Assembly: GCA_964016885.1 (NCBI GenBank)
Contig: OZ024755.1
Span: forward strand, 31,062,001 to 31,126,000
Source of the DNA: Eledone cirrhosa
Lineage: Eukaryota
Length of the DNA: 64,000 nucleotides
Direction of reading: 5' to 3'
In this document: positions 40,175 to 53,191 of the stretch, in pieces
How the letters are laid out: every line of letters starts with the position of its first letter
Position numbering within the stretch: the first letter of the stretch is position 1
Program-made: the position numbers and the translations under genes
Notes under the pieces: generated by a model
Seen by the model: the letters and a program-made list of their open reading frames with translations, nothing else
The model's database searches: none
What the model was told of the DNA's origin: nothing

Positions 40175-40848
40175 CACATATATATATATATATACATACA
40201 CACACATATATATATACACACCACATACACATATAATTATGGGGGGGGGGGATTAAATTTATTAGTGAGAAATAAATATATATAATTTTCAAGGAACAAA
40301 GAGTCATAACCTGAAGTTAAGGCATTATATGTTTACTTAATGGTATCAGTTTTAGGAAATGATAGTTGTAAGAAGGAAAGCAAAGTTATGTAGTTCATCA
40401 GTAGTAGAATATTAATTATAGGTTAACTAAATTAAAAATAGTTTATATATTAATTTCTAAAGTGTATATTAATTAGGTTTATAATATTTAGAGGTTTTTC
40501 TCAGTTTATGATTACACGATATTATTAATTCCTGTCGCTTATTTAATAGGATATCCTTAGATTTCATTATTTCAAAAAGTTCTTGGGAACATAATCTACA
40601 TTCATATCTATTATTTTGATAAGGGGTGGCCCTTTTCAGCACACTCCAGGTCAGGTCATAATCTATATTCCTCTTTCTATAACTATTAATTATTTCAGCT
40701 AGAGATGTTGTATTAGCTAATCCCCCCCCCCATAATTATATGTATATGTAAGTGTGTATGTGTGTATATATATATGTATGTATATATGCATGTATATGTA
40801 TATATATATATATGTGTGTGTATATATATATATATATATGTGTGTGTA

Positions 40849-40880
<32 letters not shown>

Positions 40881-41730
40881 AGTATATATATATATTATTT
40901 TTATATTCTTTTAATTTCCCCTCATCTTTAACAGCACTTTTCAACTGCATCTAACTCTTATTTATCATATCTATATGTATTAGTATAATTTTTATCAATA
41001 TAAATATACCCATCAATTAAATTAATTTATATTCTTTTCATAGATGTATTTTTTTCACTAACATTCTTATCATAAAACTTTAGTCACCTTAGATATTTGT
41101 ATTGGCATTACTATTTTATAACAGCAACTGCTTGTATACCTTTTACTGACCACTTGACCTATTTTCACCCCCAAAATAAGCTTCAATTACTACTATTTTA
41201 CCATTTGGCCAATTATTAACTTTCTATTGGTTAATTCTAAACCTCTTACCAAACAGACAGAATATATTAGATCTTTGTTGGTTTTATTCAATGAACAAAT
41301 AAAATTATTTCTGAGGTCAGCATAAGACCTATTTCTTCCCTAAAATATTCCTTCATTCATAATATTCTTTTCCATCCAAAACTGAAATCTACCTTCCTCT
41401 ACCCATAATTTAAGGTTCTTCTACTACTATATTACTATCTTGACCCTCATTATCTCTCTATTGGTCAATTCAAAACCTGTTCCCAAACAGACCTATTGTA
41501 TTGAATCTTTGTTTTTTTTCAATAAACAAATATCATTATTTCTGAAGACAGCATATATATGTGTAGGTATATATATTCCCTCTGATAGTTTGTATAAATA
41601 TTGTACATAGATCTATAGAATATGCATACCAACTCTAACACATATATATCCTAGAAACGATCGTAAAATGATGAATTTTTTTTAATATAAGGAACTGTTT
41701 CTTTGTTTATTCATTATTTTATTAATTTAT
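39121..41730 (-). mobile_element. 5'-truncated Penelope-like element with a ~1-kb inverted pseudo-LTR
   Basis: Arms 39260-40255 / 40718-41730. The spacer encodes (40469-40717, -) NTTSLAEII..DYDLTWSVLKRATPY..CRLCSQE..LLNKRQELIISCNHK, the C-terminus of a PLE GIY-YIG endonuclease. Confidence 0.85.
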
Positions 41731-41818
41731 ATATATACATATATATATATACACACACATATATATATATATATATATACATATACACATATTTACATAT
41801 ACACATATATACATATAC

Positions 41819-41849
<31 letters not shown>

Positions 41850-42289
41850 CATATATATATGCAAGCAGGGAAAAGCGGACATATGATGATGATACATATA
41901 TATATATAAAATGGACGTTAAACAATGATGATGATGATAGATGATATATATATCATCATCCTTGTTTAACGTCCATTTTCCATGCTAGCATGGGTAAGAC
42001 GGGTTCACCCTTTGGGAGAGAATCAGAGGACCGTGTTTTGCTCACCCAGGGCTAATTTTCTATAGCTTGATGCCCTTCCTAATACCAACGACTTCACAGT
42101 GTGGGCTGGGTGTTTTTTTTGTTGTGTGACCTTACAGTGTCTTGATACATGAGGTGGGATGGGAATTAGGAAGCTTGGGGAAATTGCGGACGTAGGTAAT
42201 AGGGGTGGGATGGTTACCGCAAAGGGAGGTGTATGGGAGAAGGTGGAGGAAAGTGTTGCCTTTTATATATATGCCTCAACTCAAGCATA

Positions 42290-43375
42290 TGGGAGGGCGG
42301 ATCTTCTGTAATACTGCATAGCGCCAGCGGTAGCATTCCTGTGAGAAGTGTAACTGTGCAAGGTCAGCTTTTATTAGCTCATCCCATGTCTTGCTAGGCC
42401 TGCCTACTCCACGGCTACCATCAACTTTGAGCTTTGAATGCTCTGTACCTTTTTATACAACTGTCATCCTTCGTGACAGATCACATGTCCATTCTAATGT
42501 AATCTCCTGTCCTGCACACATCTGATCCCTTTTATGCCTAATTTCTTGCGCAGTTCATTTATGCCTTGCCATTCACGTATATTACTATTGCACATCCAGT
42601 GAATCATGGAGATTTCATTTCTTTCCAATCTTCGCAGGTCCTCCGCACACAGTGCCCAAGTCTGCTGTGCAACATAGATGTTCGTATACATCCATCATAC
42701 AGTCTGCCTTTCATTTTGAGGAAAAAACCTTTTGTAGTTAGTAACTGTAGTAGCTCCCTGAACTTTCTCCAGCCTTATCTCATTCTGGCTACTGTACTTT
42801 GGTCACCCAGGTAACAGAAACTATCTACCACTTCTACTGTGCCCTCTGGGCATTTGAATGTGATTGTATCCTGTGGGTTCTTGCTACTTACTGCTTCTGT
42901 GCACAAGCCACAAGTAAAACCTACATTCTTTGTTAGCCTGCCTGAGATCCCACTACATCTCTTGTGTACTCATAGCTTGCATTTGGGACATAGGATGGAA
43001 TTTCTACCTACTTCTGTGTACACTGAGCAGGGCCATTTCCCAGATGAGATCTGGGTTCTGTTTTCCCCTTCTACTTACTAGAACTTTAGTCTTTGCCAGG
43101 TTGACTTTAAGACCTTTAGATTCCTGCTTCCAGTTTTGGAATTTCATCTTTAATTCAGCTATAAAGGTTAGGTCACCTGCATACAGAAGTTCCCAAGGGC
43201 AGCCAGTCTTAAACTCCGTCGTTATTGCCTTTAGGACAATGATAAAGAGGAGGGGGGCTAAAAACTGCACATTAAATTCTTCACTTGTTAATTCTGACCT
43301 TGCTGACTATTCATACATAGCTTGTACTGCCCTCACTAGCCACTCGTTTACTACTAGTTTTGTAAGAGCCCACCA
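42290..43375 (-). mobile_element. decayed RTE LINE fragment
   Basis: EFKTGCPWELLYAGD and TWALCAEDLRRLERNE. Confidence 0.9.
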
Positions 43376-44252
43376 TATATATATATATATATATATGTAT
43401 GCGTATGTATATATATGTGTGTGTATATATATGTGCGTATGTATATATATGTGTGTATAAATATACACTGTAAATGTGGTTAGTGTTAGGAAGGGCATCC
43501 AGCTGTAAAAAACTCGACCAAATTTACAGTTCTCGCCGGAGTAAGTGCAACATGGCCAAACTTGCCTCCTAGCAAAGGACGACCCGTCTATCCCATGCAC
43601 GTAAGAATTGACTCTAAACGGAAATGATGATGATGTGTGTGTGGATTATATAACAAGAGAGTTGATATCTTTACACACACACACAAAATCCCAAATTGTT
43701 TCTAAAATATTTACAGCACTATTTCTTCTCACATAACACATTTCTATTTAATATCTTGCTTCTCGTTTAGACTTAAAACACTCTTCATTCATTAACACTG
43801 AAAGCCTATAAAATGTTACCTACTGGTTGATCGATCATTCCCAGCTTGAACCTAATAGCTCTTATATTTGACAGATGTCTTTGTTAGTGGTGATATGCCA
43901 CCGAAAGAAATATTGAAAAATCTATAAATCCTTTTGATAACAAACAGACTTCGGTTCGATAAAACAAAACTACTTATTTTAAAGGGGTCATATTTAATTT
44001 AATGCATTATGACATTAGTTCATATAAAAAATAACTTGTAAGTTATGTATGTTACAAACACCACCTTAATGAAACAATTTATGTTATTATATTCCTCTTA
44101 ATCCTTCATTAATTAATTCAAACACTGTGCATTTTATTATCAATATCGTAACGAAAGGACTAACTAGAATAGCTGAGATGAATCAGATTTAGAAGATAAC
44201 ATTTGTCAATTATTGTTTGGTTCTAAGCATTTGGGGTTCTTTTATTTCTTTC

Positions 44253-44407
44253 GGCGCTTATTACCCTGAATTTCAAATTGAAACATAAATTGAAGTATAA
44301 GATTAGAGTTACAGTTTAGGGCTAGGATTAAGAATTAAAGTTAAGGAAGGGGCTAAGGTTGGATAACCTTTGTTTCAAATTGAAATGCAAGATAATAAAC
44401 TAGCGCC
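44253..44407. mobile_element. small MITE-like element with ~35-bp imperfect TIRs and degenerate TTAGGG-like interior
   Basis: GGCGCTTATTACCCTGAATTTCAAATTGAAACA ... TGTTTCAAATTGAAATGCAAGATAATAAACTAGCGCC. Confidence 0.6.
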
Positions 44408-44684
44408 TTCTTTTTTTCTTCTTTATCTTCATTAGAACAATATATATGCAAAGTAATTGATTTCGGCACTTTATAGGAAATGTTCAATAAAAAGGACAGG
44501 AGAAAGACAATAGATGTTCAACTTAGGACAACCTTCCTACCCAAACAACCTTTACACATTTTAAAGTAATGTAGAAAGCAATGACTCTTCAAATCAGTAG
44601 CTTCACACTTTGATAGGTGGTGAAAAATAAACGAACACAGCTTTATAATAACAACAATTACATGAAAACATAGGAAAACAGTTT

Positions 44685-46685
44685 TTATCTATCTTGGCTC
44701 GGTGAGCGTCGCACGACAGGAGGGTCTCTGCAAGCCAATCGGTATGTATAAACATTTAAAATAATTAAAAATATAGCACTCCATGTTCTTACGGGACATG
44801 TATAAAAAGCGAAATGGCCATAGGCTTTAGGGAACCCAGTTAAGGCGAGGTAGAACTGAAATAAAAATAAACAGACGAAAGGAATTTCCATCACCGTTAG
44901 CCACCATACTGGAAGCCTAAAGTTGGTATTTTGTCGATTCGGGCACGAACGATTCCAGCATTGGAATTTATAACCGACTTTATCGAAATAATAACTCATA
45001 TAAAATGTCAGTGGTATGTTGAAAGTAAAAAGCTGAAATACTCCAAAAAAGTATGTAAAACTACCTGGTATTAGAGTCTTCATAACAACGATACCCCACA
45101 CAAACATGACTCCAATTTCATTTTCGAGAAATTCTCCTATAAACCATGGCCCGACACCAATGTAGGCGGACATGAAGACAATTATATAGAATAATCTATT
45201 CACTTGTGTTAACTTCCAGAGCAACATAATCCAACAGTTGCAGCAACTGCACAGCCAGTCAATAATTCGGACGTCCGAAACAAAGAGATAACTTCTAATT
45301 CTATGGCAGTTGCGGAGTAAAAATAAGACTGACAACCAAAGTGAGAAGATGGTCCAAAACAATACTTTACCGATCATATAATGATTCATCATTAACAAAA
45401 GCTTAGGTACAATTTTGAAATTTGGTTGACTGTTGTCAAGAGAGAATGGTTGCTCAACAGTTTTTTGATGTCCATGAGAGTCGGCAACTGACACTGATAT
45501 TTTGTGTAAACCCTTTGAATAAGAAGCCGGTTGCCAGGGCAACACATAAAGAGCATTTTTTACTGGTTCCGCAGATCCAAGAAATATATTATCAACAGAG
45601 ATATTCACGTAATTGATTAAGTTTGGACTGAATGCTAGTATCCTTATATGAGTTGAAGTGGCAATCCTATATAAAGGTTCGTGCCTGGGTGCGAAAAACA
45701 GAGCATGTTTCGGATTAGTGATGAGAACAAGTGGCCATGTATTAATGACTTCGTCGGTGAACGATAAAATATCGTGGTCAACGGCCAGAATACGGAACAT
45801 TCGGTTATCTTTCCAGTCGCCTAATTCCAACTCCAGCATACCGGTCTTTTGACGTGTGTACATATTAGGTACGTGACCACCTAAAGTGTGAAGATGTCCA
45901 GATAGATGAGCGATGCCTCGTTTCATTACTGAACGCAAATCTGGGTAGATGATGAACGAAGTCGGGTAATGACTAAACCATATTGTTAGATTACTCTTGA
46001 TGCTATTCTGGGTAAATTCCAACAACTGGCTCACGTCCTGTTCTCTCAACCGGCCAAAGAAATTAAACGGCCTTCGTGGACCGGGCGCTAGACAAGCATC
46101 TATGCCAATGAATGTATAACGACCGTAACGGGGGTTGAAGTCAAACATGTAAGATGTTTGGTTAGTGAACTGTTTTTGGGGTGTGTAACGTCTGAAATAG
46201 TTATTTGAACTATTAACGTGGGGTACATCAAAAACATCGTGGTTACCTCGAATATCAAACCATTGACCACCCACCACTCGAGCACACTCATCCGTCACTT
46301 GCTGATAAATTTTCCATTCGGCTAAATATTGTTGTGAGCCAAGTAAATTTTCAGTTTTTGCATCTACAATGTCACCTGAAACGATAACAAATTTCGGGCG
46401 AATTACACTTATCTGAGAGCGACAAAATTGTATTAAATCCGGTCCTCTTTTTAGATCACGAAATATACTAAAATGCATGTCAGTTACTTGAATAAACCAG
46501 AAGATTTTGTCGTATTCTCCATTCAAAATTGTGTTATCCTCGTCTTGTTTTAAAGTCCTGCCGTTGTTTTTGGTGAGAGAGTAATACATTTCTGAAGAAC
46601 TACCTGGCTCGGTTAAATCATAAAAGAATGCAATTACAATGATTACAACAGTCACAAGACCGCACAATAATGGTATAATGTTCAT
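44685..46685 (-). CDS. TMEM62: transmembrane protein 62-like (N-terminal calcineurin-like metallophosphoesterase, Ig-like region, C-terminal TM helices), 666 aa from the first ATG, intronless CDS
   Basis: Motifs QVTDMH, SGDIVDAKT, DIRGNHD, FSHYP, SGHLH and LELELGDWKDNRMFRILAVDHD match TMEM62. The ORF-track start at 46754 is a GTG; the first ATG is at 46685. Confidence 0.92.
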   Translation of the reverse strand: MNIIPLLCGLVTVVIIVIAFFYDLTEPGSSSEMYYSLTKNNGRTLKQDEDNTILNGEYDKIFWFIQVTDMHFSIFRDLKRGPDLIQFCRSQISVIRPKFVIVSGDIVDAKTENLLGSQQYLAEWKIYQQVTDECARVVGGQWFDIRGNHDVFDVPHVNSSNNYFRRYTPQKQFTNQTSYMFDFNPRYGRYTFIGIDACLAPGPRRPFNFFGRLREQDVSQLLEFTQNSIKSNLTIWFSHYPTSFIIYPDLRSVMKRGIAHLSGHLHTLGGHVPNMYTRQKTGMLELELGDWKDNRMFRILAVDHDILSFTDEVINTWPLVLITNPKHALFFAPRHEPLYRIATSTHIRILAFSPNLINYVNISVDNIFLGSAEPVKNALYVLPWQPASYSKGLHKISVSVADSHGHQKTVEQPFSLDNSQPNFKIVPKLLLMMNHYMIGKVLFWTIFSLWLSVLFLLRNCHRIRSYLFVSDVRIIDWLCSCCNCWIMLLWKLTQVNRLFYIIVFMSAYIGVGPWFIGEFLENEIGVMFVWGIVVMKTLIPGSFTYFFGVFQLFTFNIPLTFYMSYYFDKVGYKFQCWNRSCPNRQNTNFRLPVWWLTVMEIPFVCLFLFQFYLALTGFPKAYGHFAFYTCPVRTWSAIFLIILNVYTYRLACRDPPVVRRSPSQDR

Positions 46686-47499
46686 GATAAATAAATGAAT
46701 AATTAAATAAATAAACAGCTGAATGGTAAGAAATAAACATAAACACAACTTCACTGCACTTCTTGGGCGACGCTTACATATTTAACTGACGGAACAAACC
46801 GGTGTAAGCACAGCAATAGTTTCCTATGTAAAAGTACCCACCGACAACACAAGACCCACTTTATGTGGGTGTTTAAACATTTATAAAGTTTTTCAATAAC
46901 AAATTTACCACTGAGAATCTTCAAAAATAAAAAAAAGAAAGCGAAGAATATAATTTTTTTTTTCTATAAAATTCTATTTCGGTAAATTTTTACAATTATA
47001 TCCGACTGGCTTTGTAAGTAAAATATGTTTTCCTTTGTTTTGTTTTTTTTAATATAGATATTTTATTCACAGTTGTATAAAAAAAAATAATACTTACAGA
47101 ACGAAAACACAAACAAATATAATAGATACAAAGAAAAGGGAAAGGAAAAGAGAAAAAATAAACATTAGCAGGTAATGCACACATCTAAGACTACATACAA
47201 CAAAAGGCAGGCGAAACGAGCCACTACCAGAACAAATGATATATTTTGAACGATTCTGACCTTTAAAACTATCGTAAATTATTCGTTTTTTAGTTAACTG
47301 AAAAGGGAACACTCTCGAACTTTTCATTATAATTACACCCGTCTCGCTTTGGTGGTGAAATATTTATATCAATGAGATATTGGGCCGATTTAATATTCCT
47401 ATAAAGCACCTTAAGATATTCCTTTATTGGATTCCGTCATTAGACTACTTGAGTCCATATATGTATTTATAGGTATCATCATTCTACATTTACATGTGT

Positions 47500-48410
47500 T
47501 GGACGTGTTCTTCTCAGTACAGCATCTCTCTACTTGTCACATTCCTTTGTCACCTTCACCCATTCATTATTCATGTTCATTACGTTTCTTCGCAGTCTCC
47601 TCTCTTGCACACTACATCTCATTCCTTTTATACCCAATTTCTCTCTTGGGTCATCCATGCTTTATCATCTTCGCACATTAACATTGCACATCCATAGAGG
47701 CATGCTTACCTCATTTCTTTCCAGCTTTTGCAATATCCCCTTTGATCACTGTGAATGCCTCACTATCATACAGTATTGCACTTCACACAGGCATCATACA
47801 GTCAACCATTTGTTCATAGGGAGAAACATTGTCAACAAAGGTAGTAGTTCCCCAAACAACTTCCATCCTGTCCTTATTCTAGCAACTATGCTCTCCAAGC
47901 CCTTTCCACCACTGCTAATTATATCACCTAGGTAGCAGAAGCTATCAATCACTTCTATGGATTGTTCCTGGGATTGGAAAAGGTTTATATTATTGGCACT
48001 CTAACTATCAATTGACCCTAAACATCTACTAAATACAAAGTCTTCATTTCCTGTTAGTTTGCCTGTTATCCCACTACACCTCTTGCGTACCTAAGATTTG
48101 CATAGTGTACATTGTAGAGAGCTTATGCCTACTCCTTTTCTATGTATCAAGCAGGGCCACTTCCCTGGTGGGATTAGGGCCCTATCTTCTTTCGTACTTA
48201 TTAACACTGGTTTTTGTTAAGTTTACTTTCAGCCCCTTTGATTCTAAGTTCTGTTTCCACAGCCAGAATTTATTCTCTAGTTCTTCCACAGATTCAGATA
48301 TGAGGACCAGATCATCAGCATACAGAAGTTCTCATGGACATCCAGTTTTAAACTCCTCTGTTATGGCCTATTGAACTATAATGAACAGAAGTAGGCCGAG
48401 AACCGACTTG
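47500..48410 (-). mobile_element. old RTE LINE fragment
   Basis: Homologous to 17464-18500 with many lesions. Confidence 0.85.
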
Positions 48411-48667
48411 GGACAAGGCAATGAAATCTGACCTTACAATGAAATCTGACCTCACAATGAAATCTGACCTCACAACTGATATAACAAAGGACCACGAAAG
48501 CTGGTACTGTGCTGTGATGATGAAGACCCAACCGCAAGCCTCCAATATGACCTGACTCATCCATGTGTCTCCCCACTTCCACTAGCACTCTCCAGCAGCT
48601 ATCCCCACCACCACTGCTCCCCCCACCCATTCCCCCTCTAAAAGAAAAGTAGTAAAGACCCCCTTCA

Positions 48668-48988
48668 GTTACAAATAACCATGGGATTTGCACCTAGAAA
48701 GTTTCCCTCCAAGGCACAAGTCTGGGCAAATTTGTTTGTGGAAGACCAGCAGTCGCCCATGTATACCAGTCTCCTCTCTCCATGCCACCGATGATGTCCA
48801 AGGGAAAGGTAATGGCTGATACAGCTTGGTACCAGTGACGCCACAACTCATTTCTACAGCTGAGTGAACTGGAGCAACATAAAATAAAGTGTCTTGCTCA
48901 AGGACACAACGCATCACCTGGTCCGAGAATCGAACTCACAACCTTCCGATTGCAAGCCCAATGCTCTAACCACTAAGCCATGCACCTT
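48668..48988 (-). mobile_element. CORE-SINE with the family A head/core but a different tail
   Basis: GGTGCATGGCTTAGTGG head and CCTTGAGCAAGACAC core; the tail is unrelated to family A. Confidence 0.75.
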
Positions 48989-49667
48989 CACTAGTGTTCT
49001 TAGATACCCTCACTGAAGTAGCTACTCTTTCTACCTCCAATGCACCCCTTCCACTACCACCGCTTAACTATTTCTCCATCACCCCCACCCCCAACACTAT
49101 TGACCACACCTCCATATCCCCCCCCCCTACTCATGACTGTCAAATCACCACACTCTCCATACACATATAACTCCATACCTATCTTCCTACTCTATCACCT
49201 CTGCACAAACCCTAGAGAGCAGAGAGAGCTCTTCAGTTGGGACTATAACCAACAACCTCTCACCTGGTAAGGTAGTTAGTGACAGGAAGGGCACCCAGCG
49301 GTAAAACCATGGACCCCTCAGTAGTGTCAAGGGCACAACAACCTCCCTAATGTTGATGATCTACACAGTAAATACTGTAAAGTAGGCAGTTGGTGATAGG
49401 AAGGGCAAATGTAGAAAGCCTGTCAAACAAAGGGTTGGAAGGACCCTCCAATTGTGTCAAAGACATGAAAACCTCTCTCATGTTGATGCCATGATAAAAT
49501 ACTCTTGTTAGATGTGGAACTGCATGTAAGTAAGATGTGAACCCCCTGCCTGTCTGTGAGGTCAGTAGCCCCACTTCAGTACAGACTCGGTCTACAAATA
49601 CCTGTCCAACCCTTGCTAGCAGAAAAAGTGGACATCAAATATTGATGATAGTGATACATATACATAA

Positions 49668-51015
49668 TACGCAAATGATCTAACGCTCATAGCTGAATCA
49701 ATGGCCGACCTAGAGAAGAAATTCCAAACATGGAAGCATGGCCTAGAATCAAAAGGCCTTAAAATTAACCTGTCTAAGACTGAAGTTCTAGTTTGTAGGA
49801 AGGAAAATAGGGCACCGGTCCCATCCGGGAAATGGCCATGCTCAGTGTGTAGGAAAGGAGTAGGTAGAAACTCCATTTTATGTCCCAAATGCAAAGTATG
49901 GGTGCATAAAAGATGTAGTGGGATCACAGGTAAGCTAACTAAGAACATAGATTTTATATGTGGCCGGTGCTCTGGTGCAATAAGTAGCAGCAAGTGCCCA
50001 CAGAACACTAGCTCATTCCATTGCACAGATGGTTCTATAGAAATAGTGGACACCTTCCGTTACTTGGGTGACAAAATCAGCAGTGGTGGAGGGTGCTCTG
50101 AAAGTACAGTAGCTAGAGTCAGAACGGGATGGAAAAAGTTCAGAGAGCTTATACCACTATTAGCCGCTAAAGGGTTCTCTCTAAAAATGAAAGGCAGGCT
50201 GTATGATGCCTGCATACGAACAGAAATGTTACATGGCAGTGAGACCTGGGCATTGTGTGCAGAGGATATACGCAGACTGGAGAGGAACGAAGCTTGCATG
50301 CTCCGCTGGATGTGTAATAGTAATATACGTGAACGGCAAAGCATAAACGAACTAAGGGAAAATTAGAAATAAGAGGGATCAGATGTTGTTTACTCGAGAG
50401 AAGACTACGTTGGTATGGTCACATGATGCGCATGAAAGACGACAGCTGTATAAAAAAGTGCAGGGCAATAAAAATAGACGGTAGCCACGGAGTAGGCAGA
50501 CCCAGAAAAACCTGGGACGACTTGATAAATTCCGACCTCACACACTTACACCTCTCCAAGACAATGTCACTGGACCGAGATCTTTGGCGCTACACAGTAA
50601 TACAGAAGACCCGCCTTACCTAAGTACAAAGTGAAACCTACTACAGTCAGTAGGCACCTCTAACAAAATACACCCCCGTCCACTACCCCACCCCATCCAC
50701 ACCACCCCTTTCAATGTAAAGTTATGTTGGTACCACAACATCCAGTCCGAAACAAATGAGGTTGTGTAGGTGTCACGACAAAAAAACACACAGTCCACGC
50801 TGTAATGTGGCCGTGTAGGTAACACGGTAAAAACCTCCCACTCCCACACTGTAAACGTGGTTGCTGTTAGGAAGGGCATCCAGCCGTAGAAAACCCGCCA
50901 GACAGTCCTATGCGAGCAAGACAACCACTCTTGCCTCAAGTGGGAAAACTCCCGTCCAAACCCATGCAAGCATGGAAGATGGACGTTAAACGATGATGAT
51001 GATGATAATGATGAA
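49668..51015 (+). mobile_element. 5'-truncated RTE LINE, same subfamily as 31499-33530
   Basis: Nearly identical protein and 3' UTR; one frameshift near 50362. Confidence 0.95.
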
Positions 51016-51361
51016 TACATAAGCGGTAGATAGGATAAAATGCTTTGTAATATTCATTCAGGCTCTCTGCAAATCTACAGTGTTGGAGGTCAACTTTGCC
51101 TTTCATCCTTTCCAGGTAAAAAAAAAAAATGTACCAGTTTAGTACTGGAGTCGTTTCTTCCTTTGCATTACTTTCTTACATCTTCCCTCTATCACTCTCT
51201 CTCCTTCTTTGGAAGAAATAGGTTGTGTTCATGACTGGAGATCAGATAGGTTCTGTCATGTTTAAAAAATGTCGAAGACTTGTTTGACACAACAGCTTCC
51301 CTACGACTCCACCAGGAGATATGGGTTCCTACACACATATATACATGGATATATATATATA

Positions 51362-51995
51362 TCATCATCGTCATCATCATCATCATCATTTTACGTCTGC
51401 TTTTCCCTGCTTGCAAGGGTGGGACGGGTCTTATTCAGCACAGCATCTCTCCACTTGTCACGGTCCTTCATCATCTCCACCATGAGCTTCAGCGATCTGA
51501 GGTCTGTTCTCACCACCTCCGCCCATGTTTTTCGTGGTCTACCTCTACCACGTCTTCCTTCAACTGGCATTTCCTGGCACTTCTTCACCCATCAGTCATC
51601 CTCCATGCGCATCACATGTCCATACCACCGCAGTCTCCTCTCTCGCACATTACATTCTATCCCTCTCAGACACAGTTTCTCTCTCAACACATCCATGCTG
51701 GGTCGTTCACACACATTGACATTGCACATCCAACGGAGCATGCTTGCCTCATTTCTCTCCAGTCATCACATATCCTCTGCAGTTGCTGCCCATGTCTCAC
51801 TACCATGCAGCATTGCACACATCACCCAGGCATCATATAACCGGCCTTTCGTACGCAGGGAGAAACCCTTCTTCGTCAGCAGAGGAAGCAGCTGCCTAAA
51901 CTTCTTCCAACCCGTCCTTATTCTAGATACTATGGCCTCGGAACCCCCCCCCCCCATGCTAATCTGATCTCCTAGGTTCCGGAAGCTATCCACCA
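51362..51995 (-). mobile_element. RTE LINE 3' fragment (subfamily of 33960-37485)
   Basis: IRTGWKKFRQLLPLL..GRGRPRKTW..TRPTLASREK; (ATG)n tail. Confidence 0.92.
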
Positions 51996-52002
51996 TATAT
52001 AT

Positions 52003-52345
52003 GGAGGCACATGGCTTAGTGGTTAGAGCATTGGCCTTGCAATCGAAAGGTTGTGAGTTCAATTCTCGGACCGGGTGATGTGTTGTTTCCTTGAGCATGA
52101 CACTTTATTTCACATTGCTCCAGTTTACTCAGCTGTAGAAATGAGATGATAGGGACTGGGGTCCCTATCATTCCACTGCAAAGTGGTCGTGGAGGTGCCA
52201 CGGCAAAAAAGCACCCAGCACTCACTGTAAATGAGGTTGGTGTTAGGAAGGGCATCCAGCTGTAGAAATCAAGCCAGAATCAGTTCCCGTCCCACCCTTG
52301 CAAGCAGGGAAAAGTGGACATTAAATGAAATGAATGAATGATGAT
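52003..52345 (+). mobile_element. CORE-SINE family A, full length
   Basis: Head, core and tail intact. Confidence 0.9.
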
Positions 52346-52347
52346 AC

Positions 52348-52625
52348 ACAGTGTACCCCTGGCATTCGCAGTCCTTAGGACCTAACTAATAATTGTTTGT
52401 GGAAACATGACATATTCGCTGAATTGTAAATATCTTCTGCGATTTTTTAAATGTCTTTTTTGTGGCAATATATATATTTTTAACGCTCAGTTATTAATAA
52501 CAATATACATTATTTGCCGGCCCATTGGACGCCCCTTCGCATAAGACACTCCCTCTGTTTTTATTATATTTTACATTATATTTTGACGTTTATAGGCATT
52601 TTTATGGACCGCGTCCAATATTTGC
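52348..52625. repeat. interspersed repeat (possibly Helitron-like); second copy at 59065-59346
   Basis: Shared CAGTGTA..CCTGGCATTC..ACCTAACTAATA..GTGGAAAC and TATGGACCGCGTCCA. Confidence 0.6.
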
Positions 52626-53191
52626 ACTTTTTCACTTCTAGGAATGTAATAGCAGGGGACAACTGTATAATTATTTTGAGAAGATGGTGTGTGGCACTGA
52701 TCACACCTACTCTGTTAGCCACCTCTGAATGAAATATTTTCTTTGTTTTTATTTTCTGGGTTAGTGTGTGCCATAATTCCTTTATTATGTAACTATTATG
52801 CAATATACACCTGATGATGTTGCTGGGATTCTACATAACCTGGCCATTGAAATATACATAATGTTTTTGCAACAATAAAACTTTAAGAGAACTTCATCAG
52901 TACGGTCTCCTATCATTTTATTCAAAATAATAATTAACTCTGTTGCTGCACGACCAACAGGATTCAACATGAAAGAGGGATAAGTTGCGTAATGTTGAGT
53001 GCTTTTCCTACTATTACATCATGGTTAAAAACAAAAAAAAGGTTAAGGGATTGCCGAGATTGATTTAATGACCAGTTGGTCAACTGACAGCTAACAACTG
53101 TGGAGCAGTGTAAAGTTGGTTCATTGGCATTGGACTAATAGACATTTTAATCCAGGTGGTTATGACTGGATACTGAGATCGTTAGATCGAA

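Noticed and set aside
46686-46754. 23-aa N-terminal extension of TMEM62 in the ORF track
   Set aside because: It starts at GTG in a eukaryotic gene and overlaps a likely polypyrimidine tract and acceptor.
48420-48475. Short local duplications (18 bp x3 here, 25 bp x2 at 57201, about 36 bp x2 at 61682)
   Set aside because: These are ordinary slippage duplications with no further structure.
51269-51967. 232-aa ORF and similar ORFs at 8873, 17612, 32458 and 36969
   Set aside because: They are antisense frames of RTE LINE 3' regions.
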